A stretch of 36,740 nucleotides of DNA from an uncultured Candidatus Saccharibacteria bacterium. GTDB taxonomy: Bacteria; Patescibacteriota; Minisyncoccia; JAHISW01; Tagabacteraceae. The stretch is taken from assembly GCA_964590835.1 (NCBI GenBank), contig CAZPYD010000001.1:1-36740 (forward strand), given 5' to 3'. Both the position numbers and the translations under genes were made by a program. Positions 26,638 to 33,619 of the stretch are shown one piece after another. Under the pieces are notes generated by a model. The model was given only the letters and a program-made list of their open reading frames with translations, did not search any database and had not been told where the DNA came from. Within the stretch, counting starts at the first letter, position 1. Each line of letters begins with the position of its first letter.

Positions 26638-28755
26638 ATGAATTTAGTTATCGTAGAGTCACCAACAAAAGCCAAAACAATCCAACGCTTTCTTGGAGAT
26701 GATTTTCAAATTGAATCTAGCTTTGGGCATATGCGAGATTTACCCAAAGGAGATTTGGGTATTGATACGGAAGGTAATTTTGAGCCTCGCTATGTTATCC
26801 CGAAGAAATCACAAAAAAAAGTTACAGCACTAAAAAAGATAGCTCAAAAAGCAGATAAAATTATACTAGCAACCGATGAAGACCGTGAAGGAGAAGCCAT
26901 TGCCTGGCATCTTATCCATGCCCTTAAACTAAAAGAAGATGGAAACAAAGATAAAAAAATAGAGCGTATTGTTTTTCATGAAATTACAAAAGGCGCGATA
27001 AAAGAGGCTCTTAAAAATCCTCGCGAGGTAGATATGGATCTTGTGGATGCGCAACAAGCCCGCAGAATACTAGATAGGCTTGTGGGCTACAAGCTATCCC
27101 CTTTCTTGTGGAAAAAACTAATGCGAGGACTTTCTGCTGGACGCGTACAATCTGTAGCCCTTCGCCTAATTGTTGACCGTGAAAACGAAATTCGGGCATT
27201 TAAGCCAGATGACTACTGGACTATTTCTGCCACCTTCGATTCTCCAAAAGATGAACTTTATTCTGATTTAGTAAAAATAAACGACAAGACCATCCCTAAA
27301 CCAGGCATAATGGATAAAAATGAAGTAGATAAAATAATTAAAGAATCTCAAAAAGGCAAATGGAAAATAGAATCTATCGTAAAAAAGGAAAGGAAACAAC
27401 ATCCTAAGCCACCATTTACAACCAGCTCGTTACAGCAAGAGTCTTGGCAAAAACTAAGATTTTCAGCCAAAAAAACAATGATGATAGCGCAACAGCTATA
27501 CGAAGGTATAAACCTAAAAAAAGAAGGTGGTGCAACCGGTCTTATTACCTACATGAGAACAGACTCATTAAATGTATCGGAGAGTGCTTTAAAATCTGCA
27601 AACAGTTATCTAATAAGTAACTTAGGAGAAAAATACAGTCTAGCTCAACCTCGTCGCTTTAAGACTAAATCTAAAGGCGCACAGGAGGCTCACGAAGCTA
27701 TCAGACCATCTAAGCCGGAATTATCTCCTGAATCAATCAAGAGCGAACTTAAAACAGATCAATACAAACTATATAGCCTGATTTGGAAAAGGTTTATGGC
27801 CAGCCAAATGCCAGAAGCTATCTTTGATAACACTACCGTAAACATAAATGTAGCTCATGAAAAAAATAATTATTTATATCGCGCAAAAGGTTCTATTCTA
27901 AAATTCGATGGTTTCTTAAAAATTTATGAAATGGCAGTAGAAGAAAAGACTTTACCAGATCTTTCTGAAAAAGATAAGGTGGCAGCAAAAGAAATAAAAT
28001 CCGAAGCACATCAAACTCAACCACCAGCGCGATACAATGATGCTTCCATAGTTAAAACTCTAGAAAAGCACGAGATTGGTAGACCCTCTACTTATGCGCA
28101 AATTATTTCTACTATCTTGGCGCGCAATTATATAGAAAAAGACGAAGCAAAAAGATTTATACCAACAGAAATTGGTGAAAAAGTTAATACTATTTTAGTT
28201 GAACATTTTCCTCAAATAGTGGATATAAACTTTACAGCCAAAATGGAAGATGATCTTGATAAAATTGCAGAAGGTAAAGCAGAATATCCACCAATAATAA
28301 AAGATTTTTATGAACCGTTTGAAAAGAATCTTGAAGAAAAATACGAGACAGTAGAAAAAGAAGACTTAACAGAAGAAACAGACGAGGTTTGCGAAAAATG
28401 TGGCAAACCAATGGTTATCAAACACGGCCGCTTTGGCAAGTTTATAGCTTGCACTGGATTCCCGGATTGTAAAACAACAAAACAGCTTCCCGCTAAATCT
28501 TTAGGTATCAAATGCCCGCTTTGTAAGACAAGCTTGCCCGCCAAAACCTCAACAAAGGAGGGCGATGTGATTGAGAGAAAAACTAAAAAAGGTAGAATGT
28601 TTTATGGCTGCTCTGAGTGGCCAAAATGTAAATTTGCCACATGGCAAAAGCCCACTGGCGAACTATGTCCTGACTGTCAGTCCCCCACAGTAGAACTCAA
28701 AAATAGTATCAAGTGCTCCAATAAAACCTGCACTTATAAAGTAGAAAAAGAATAA
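26638..28755 (+). CDS. topA: DNA topoisomerase I
   Basis: LVIVESPTKAKTI, ATDEDREGEAI, SAGRVQS, ITYMRTDS, GRPSTYA, C-terminal Zn ribbons. Confidence 0.98.
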   Translation: MNLVIVESPTKAKTIQRFLGDDFQIESSFGHMRDLPKGDLGIDTEGNFEPRYVIPKKSQKKVTALKKIAQKADKIILATDEDREGEAIAWHLIHALKLKEDGNKDKKIERIVFHEITKGAIKEALKNPREVDMDLVDAQQARRILDRLVGYKLSPFLWKKLMRGLSAGRVQSVALRLIVDRENEIRAFKPDDYWTISATFDSPKDELYSDLVKINDKTIPKPGIMDKNEVDKIIKESQKGKWKIESIVKKERKQHPKPPFTTSSLQQESWQKLRFSAKKTMMIAQQLYEGINLKKEGGATGLITYMRTDSLNVSESALKSANSYLISNLGEKYSLAQPRRFKTKSKGAQEAHEAIRPSKPELSPESIKSELKTDQYKLYSLIWKRFMASQMPEAIFDNTTVNINVAHEKNNYLYRAKGSILKFDGFLKIYEMAVEEKTLPDLSEKDKVAAKEIKSEAHQTQPPARYNDASIVKTLEKHEIGRPSTYAQIISTILARNYIEKDEAKRFIPTEIGEKVNTILVEHFPQIVDINFTAKMEDDLDKIAEGKAEYPPIIKDFYEPFEKNLEEKYETVEKEDLTEETDEVCEKCGKPMVIKHGRFGKFIACTGFPDCKTTKQLPAKSLGIKCPLCKTSLPAKTSTKEGDVIERKTKKGRMFYGCSEWPKCKFATWQKPTGELCPDCQSPTVELKNSIKCSNKTCTYKVEKE

Positions 28756-28774
28756 TAAAAAACTTATTTAAAAA

Positions 28775-30022
28775 CTAGAACATACTAAAAAAATCTGTCT
28801 CTTCGTCGTCTTCTTTCTCTTCTTTTTTCATGTCTTCTGGTTCAGGAGTTGATTTAATTGGTCCTGAGTTTAGCCCGTCATCATGTTTATCGTTTTCTTT
28901 TTCAGTATCGGCAACTATTTGCTCAAACTCAAGTTCTCGCTTAGGTTCTTCTGCTGGATCTTCAGGAATAACTGGTTCAGCTTTTGGTGTAGTATCTTCA
29001 TTAAACTCTACTGTTTTGATAATTTCCTCCGCTTCTTCTTGAAGAGAAGGGGAACTTTCTGGAGTGCAAGTAGTACAACTGGCAAGTCTTATTTCAGGAT
29101 TAGAGTTTGAGATAGATTCTGGCTCCTCATGAGAACAAGTCTCGCATGGTTCTTCCTCTTTTTCGCTACAAGCAACTGCTTCATTCATAGCACCAACTTT
29201 TGCTAAAAAAGCTGCAAACTGATCCTCTGAATCAAACTCAAAAGAAATCTTTTTAGCTGGTCCTTTCTTTTGTACAGAAACTTTTGTTCCCAAAACATTT
29301 GATAATTTTTGTTGAAGTGCTTCAGCCTCTGGATCAACCTGGAGAGGTTTTACTCTTGGAGTTTTGTAGCTTTGAACAATCTCACGAGCCATTTTTTCAG
29401 CATCACGCACAGTCATCTTGGTCATAACAATATCCTTGTAAAGATTCATTTGCTCGTCTTTTTGTTTTTTTAAACTCAAAAGTGGTCTAGTGTGACCTTC
29501 ATTAATAAGACCTTGCCTTAGTCCATCTTTTATTTCGTCTGGTAAGCCCAATAAACGCAATGAATTAGAAACAAACACTCGACTCTTGCCCATCTTAGCC
29601 CCAACCTCATGGTGCCGCATTTTAAAATTATCAATAAGCTGAGCAAAAGCTTCTGCTCTTTCAATTGGGCCCAAGTCTTCTCGTTGCAAATTTTCGATAA
29701 GAGCAAGTTCTAATTTTACTTGTTCTGAAGGATCTTCACGAATAATTACCGGTACTTGCATCAATCCCGCCATTTTAGAGGCTCGCCACCTTCTTTCTCC
29801 GGCAATAAGTTCGTATTCTACCACCGTACCAGTTGGAATATCTTTTTCGTGACGAATAACAATCATTGGCTGCAAAACGCCATATTGCCTAATAGAATCA
29901 GAAAGCTGTTTTAGATGTTCCTCGTTAAATTCACGACGAGGTTGCATTGTGTTGGGTCTAATTTTTTCAACCTCAACAGTAAAAACACCACTTTCTTTTC
30001 TTATTCTTGGTAGATCATTCAT
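28775..30022 (-). CDS. parB: ParB/Spo0J partition protein with long acidic C-terminal tail (start ATG 30022)
   Basis: QPRREF, SIRQYGVLQP, YELIAGERRWRA, LIENLQREDL, HTH GKSR..VSN.LRLL.LP, GH.R.LL. Confidence 0.93.
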   Translation of the reverse strand: MNDLPRIRKESGVFTVEVEKIRPNTMQPRREFNEEHLKQLSDSIRQYGVLQPMIVIRHEKDIPTGTVVEYELIAGERRWRASKMAGLMQVPVIIREDPSEQVKLELALIENLQREDLGPIERAEAFAQLIDNFKMRHHEVGAKMGKSRVFVSNSLRLLGLPDEIKDGLRQGLINEGHTRPLLSLKKQKDEQMNLYKDIVMTKMTVRDAEKMAREIVQSYKTPRVKPLQVDPEAEALQQKLSNVLGTKVSVQKKGPAKKISFEFDSEDQFAAFLAKVGAMNEAVACSEKEEEPCETCSHEEPESISNSNPEIRLASCTTCTPESSPSLQEEAEEIIKTVEFNEDTTPKAEPVIPEDPAEEPKRELEFEQIVADTEKENDKHDDGLNSGPIKSTPEPEDMKKEEKEDDEETDFFSMF

Positions 30023-30025
30023 AAA

Positions 30026-30151
30026 TCGATGCAAATATACTAATTAATACTAATGATACTAATTAAACTGACGCCGAATATACTAATTAACACCAATGAT
30101 ACTAATAATTAAATTCGTATAATTAGTATGCATTAGTATATTGGTATCGCA
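30026..30151. repeat. ATACTAAT-unit foldback repeat, copy B (upstream of parB)
   Basis: Inverted homolog of 26533-26624 with an internal ~29-bp duplication (30035-30063 vs 30078-30106). Confidence 0.8.
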
Positions 30152-30221
30152 CTAACTTTATTATATCTAAATTGACTATCTTGCGCAAATTCACTAATAT
30201 TATAGTATCAAACAAAATATT

Positions 30222-30303
30222 GCCGTCGTGGCGGAATTGGCATACGCGCACGACTCAAAATCGTGTGAGGCAACTCATGTGGGTTCGACTCCCACCGACG
30301 GCA
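30222..30303 (+). tRNA. tRNA-Leu (anticodon CAA), CCA not encoded
   Basis: Acceptor GCCGTCG/CGACGGC, anticodon arm CACGA-CTCAAAA-TCGTG, variable arm TGAG-GCAA-CTCA, GTTCGAC T-loop. Confidence 0.97.
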
Positions 30304-30405
30304 CAAATAAATTAAGCCTCCTTCAGGATGGCTTTATTTTTTTGTGCCGTCTCCCTTCCTCTTTACTTCTCCACCATTCCATGCTTTAGTGGACATAGAA
30401 GAGTT

Positions 30406-30448
30406 TTTTAACATACAAACTCCGCCGAGCGGGGTAAAAAGGAGGTTT
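30406..30448 (+). promoter_or_regulatory. 43-nt leader module, copy 2
   Basis: TTTTAACATACAAACTCCGCCGAGCGGGGTAAAAAGGAGGTTT. Confidence 0.8.
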
Positions 30449-30453
30449 TTAAG

Positions 30454-30761
30454 ATGGGACTTTTTACTAGAGAACAAAACACTGGAACTATTGCCCTTTT
30501 TTCTTTTATTTTGCTTGTTTTTTCATTATGTTTCTTTATTGGTTATTCAAATAAAAATAATTCAATTCCAGTAATCAAAGAAAAAACCAAAGTCTTGTAA
30601 ACAAAATTACTGCTCGAAAAATCTATTATAAAGATCCCCGAGGCGAAAACTTATGTTTTTCTTATCAAGCCAGTGGAACAAGTATTGGCGAAACCTATAT
30701 CCCTTGTTCGGAAATACCAACAAATCTAATTGTTGTTGCAGAGTTACCTAAAAAGAAATAA
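30454..30761 (+). pseudogene. ~102-aa single-TM hypothetical gene frameshifted at or near an A6 tract (30581-30586); not in ORF track
   Basis: AGGAGG plus ATG 30454 gives MGLFTREQNTGTIALFSFILLVFSLCFFIGY... stop 30600; adding one A continues NQSLVNKITARKIYYKDPRGENLCFSY...IPCSEIP...KKK to TAA 30761. Confidence 0.6.
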
Positions 30762-30773
30762 GTAAGCCAATTT

Positions 30774-31004
30774 ATGGAATATAGCTATTTGGATTATTTA
30801 ATTGGCGGATTTTTATTGATTAGTTTTATTTTTATGATTTTTAAAATGGGTCACTGCTCCAAATGCGGCTTTTTTGCGATTAAACGTACTGTGCTAGCCT
30901 TTTCACATGGAGGCACAAAAAAATATAAAGACACATATTTACGCTGCCCGTACTGCAAACACGACGAAAAAATAAAAACAAAAGAAATTACTCCTTTTTT
31001 ATAA
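30774..31004 (+). CDS. Small TM plus zinc-ribbon protein
   Basis: N-terminal TM, CSKC and CPYC. Confidence 0.7.
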   Translation: MEYSYLDYLIGGFLLISFIFMIFKMGHCSKCGFFAIKRTVLAFSHGGTKKYKDTYLRCPYCKHDEKIKTKEITPFL

Positions 31005-31021
31005 TTATTAAACCCAAACAC

Positions 31022-31050
31022 AAAACCCAAGGCGCCAGCCTTGGGTTTTT
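31022..31050. terminator. Bidirectional terminator
   Basis: AAAACCCAAGGC-GCCA-GCCTTGGGTTTT. Confidence 0.8.
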
Positions 31051-31054
31051 ATTT

Positions 31055-31402
31055 TTATACTTCTTTTGCTTCACTTCGATCAATAGAGAAATCATTGGGA
31101 TCAAAGTAGCGACCTCCTGTACCTGTGACAACATCCAAAAGTATCTCATATAATCTGGTATCTTTTTCATAAGCGGCATCCAAAAGATTATCAGATCGAA
31201 CACTATACGGAGCAACTTTTTCAAATTCTTCTGGGGTCATCCCTTCTGTATCTATTTTCATTACTTTTCTGCTTGTCGTATAAATAACAGACCGCACTTT
31301 TCTAGATGCAACCTGAACTTTTAATCCAATTAACTCTTCAAGCTCTTTTCTTACACTATCAAATGCCGGAATATCCGGAACTCCTGTTATTTCTATAATC
31401 AT
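31055..31402 (-). CDS. Hypothetical 115-aa protein
   Basis: GAGGAGG SD; promoter TTTACA-17-TAGATT at 31443-31471. Confidence 0.75.
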   Translation of the reverse strand: MIIEITGVPDIPAFDSVRKELEELIGLKVQVASRKVRSVIYTTSRKVMKIDTEGMTPEEFEKVAPYSVRSDNLLDAAYEKDTRLYEILLDVVTGTGGRYFDPNDFSIDRSEAKEV

Positions 31403-31508
31403 ATCGCCTCCTCTTTTTTTTCAATTTATTCTTTCTTTTAATAATCTACAATAAAACCAGGAAATTGTAAATTGCTTAGTCTTGTGGTATTGTAATGCCA
31501 TAAATAAT

Positions 31509-33617
31509 ATGAGGTATTTTATTTTTACATACGGTTGTGCCACTAATCATGCTGATTCTGAAAGGATTGCGCGCAAGCTAGATATGGATGGGTATGAACA
31601 ATCTTCTTCTGAAAAAGAAGCTGATTTGATAGTGCTTAATGCCTGTTCTGTAAGAAAATCTGCAATGGATAGAGTGTTTAGCAAGGCACATAAATATAAG
31701 AAAAACCCAAATAAAAAAGTTATTCTATGCGGTTGCGTACTAGACAATGAAAAGAAAAAATTTGAAGAAAAGGTGGACGAAATCTGGCACCCAGACGAAT
31801 ATTTTGATTTGGCTCCTGCTTATTCCAGCGAATTTACTGCATATATTCCTATCACCAAAGGCTGTGATAATTTTTGTTCATACTGTGCTGTGCCTTTTAC
31901 TCGCGGCCGCGAAAAATCTCACCCAGCAGGACAAATAGTTAAAGAAGTGAAAACTTTGATTAAAAATGGATATAAAGAAATTTGGCTACTTGGTCAAAAT
32001 GTAAACTCATATAATTCTCGTGGAATAGACTTTCCAGGTCTGCTTAAAAAAATAAACCAGCTTGAAGGCAAATTCTGGATACGCTTTACTTCCCCACATC
32101 CAAAAGACTTTTCAAACGAATTAATAAAAATAATCAAAACTTGCAACAAAGTTACTAAATATATCAACCTACCTGTTCAATCCGGCAACAACGAAATTCT
32201 TAAGAAAATGAATCGTCGCTACACCCGCGAACAATACATAAAACTAGTGAACAGAGTAAGAAAACAAATCCCAGATATATCTTTGTCTACTGATACTATC
32301 GTTGGTTTCCCAGGAGAAACAAGGAAGCATTTTTTAAACAGCATAGATTTGTATAAGCAGCTTAAATTTGATATGGCATTTATTTCTCAATACTCTCCGC
32401 GCCCAGGGACACTTTCTGCCACAACAATGAAAGACAATATCCCAAAAACAGAAAAAGTAAGACGAGACACACAACTAACAAATGTCCTTAAAAAAACAGC
32501 TTTGGAAAATAACAAAAAGCTAGTTGGGCAAACAGTGGAAGTTTTGATTGATAGCAAAACGGACAATAAATTATTGGGCCGTACAAACACCAACAAACTC
32601 ACCGAAATCCCTTCTGTTGGAGGTCCAACCTCCAACATTGGGAGGTTTGTTGAGGTGAAGATTGTTAAGGCTGAGCCATGGAAGCTGATTGGTGAATTGG
32701 CCCCTCAGAAGATAATTGCTGTTTTGGGGCCAACATCTTCTGGGAAGAGTGACTTAGCTGTGTTGATAGCGCAAAAATTTGGCAACATGGAAATAATTTC
32801 TGCTGACTCTAGACAGGTATACAAAAACATCCCTATCGGCACAGGTGCGGTAACCAAAAAAGAAATGGGCGGCATTAATCACCACTTGCTTAATTTTGTT
32901 AATCCTAAAAAAGTCTACACAGGAGGAGACTTTAAGAAAGATGCCGAGAAAGCTATTGATGAAATAATAGCAAAAAATAAACTACCGATTGTTTGCGGTG
33001 GTACTGGCTTTTATATAGATATACTCCTAAGTGGCAAAAATATACCGCAAGTAGAACCAGACTGGACACTACGTAAAAAACTAGATAAAAAAACCGCAGA
33101 AGAATTATTTAAAATTCTCAAAAAACTAAACTCTACTCGCGCCAAAAACATAGATCCAAAAAACAAACGCCGCCTTATCCGCGCAATAGAAATCGCAAAA
33201 CACACAAAAAATAAATTAGCATCGAAGCGAGGCTTCGACGCTAAGAGGAGATATGAGGTTTTGTATTTAGGGATTAAGCGAGACGAAAAAGAACTAAAAA
33301 AACTTATCGAAAAGCGCATTAAAAAAATGCTCCAGGTGGGCCTAATAAAAGAAGTAAAAGATCTAAAAGCCTCTGGTGTAAGCTGGAAAAGGATAAACGA
33401 ACTGGGGTTTGAATACAAATACCCTGTGCAATTTATCCGTGGAGAAATAACCAAGGAAGAAATGATAGAGCGAATGCTCATAGAAAACTATCAGTACGCC
33501 AAACGCCAAATGACCTGGTTTAAAAAGTATGCACCAGAAACTCATTGGGTAAAAAGAAAAAAAGCGGTCAGCATCGACGGCCAACCAGTTTTAAAACTCG
33601 TCAAAAAGTTTTTGTAA
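31509..33617 (+). CDS. miaB-miaA: Fused MiaB (radical-SAM methylthiotransferase) and MiaA (tRNA dimethylallyltransferase)
   Basis: MiaB: TYGC..N..DSE, NACSVR, GCDNFCSYC, LLGQNVNSY, IVGFPGET, YSPRPGT, TRAM; in frame into MiaA: GPTSSGKS, ISADSRQVY, GGTGFY, RR.IRAIE, YAKRQMTWFK. Confidence 0.93.
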   Translation: MRYFIFTYGCATNHADSERIARKLDMDGYEQSSSEKEADLIVLNACSVRKSAMDRVFSKAHKYKKNPNKKVILCGCVLDNEKKKFEEKVDEIWHPDEYFDLAPAYSSEFTAYIPITKGCDNFCSYCAVPFTRGREKSHPAGQIVKEVKTLIKNGYKEIWLLGQNVNSYNSRGIDFPGLLKKINQLEGKFWIRFTSPHPKDFSNELIKIIKTCNKVTKYINLPVQSGNNEILKKMNRRYTREQYIKLVNRVRKQIPDISLSTDTIVGFPGETRKHFLNSIDLYKQLKFDMAFISQYSPRPGTLSATTMKDNIPKTEKVRRDTQLTNVLKKTALENNKKLVGQTVEVLIDSKTDNKLLGRTNTNKLTEIPSVGGPTSNIGRFVEVKIVKAEPWKLIGELAPQKIIAVLGPTSSGKSDLAVLIAQKFGNMEIISADSRQVYKNIPIGTGAVTKKEMGGINHHLLNFVNPKKVYTGGDFKKDAEKAIDEIIAKNKLPIVCGGTGFYIDILLSGKNIPQVEPDWTLRKKLDKKTAEELFKILKKLNSTRAKNIDPKNKRRLIRAIEIAKHTKNKLASKRGFDAKRRYEVLYLGIKRDEKELKKLIEKRIKKMLQVGLIKEVKDLKASGVSWKRINELGFEYKYPVQFIRGEITKEEMIERMLIENYQYAKRQMTWFKKYAPETHWVKRKKAVSIDGQPVLKLVKKFL
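32615..32637. repeat. Perfect REP-like hairpin in the MiaB TRAM domain (VGGPTSN)
   Basis: TGTTGGAGGT-CCA-ACCTCCAACA. Confidence 0.85.
33216..33244. repeat. Copy of the transposase-flanking REP inside the MiaA domain (LASKRGFDAK)
   Basis: TTAGCATCGAAGC-GAG-GCTTCGACGCTAA; core TCGAAGC-GAN-GCTTCGA matches 24651 and 25396. Confidence 0.85.
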
Positions 33618-33619
33618 AT

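Noticed and set aside
26533-30151. ATACTAAT arrays as CRISPR or canonical parS
   Set aside because: No repeat-spacer periodicity and no cas genes; no match to the parS consensus TGTTNCACGTGAAACA
33565-33590. Possible decayed REP at the MiaA C-terminus (SIDGQPV)
   Set aside because: Only a half-site remains and there is no palindrome
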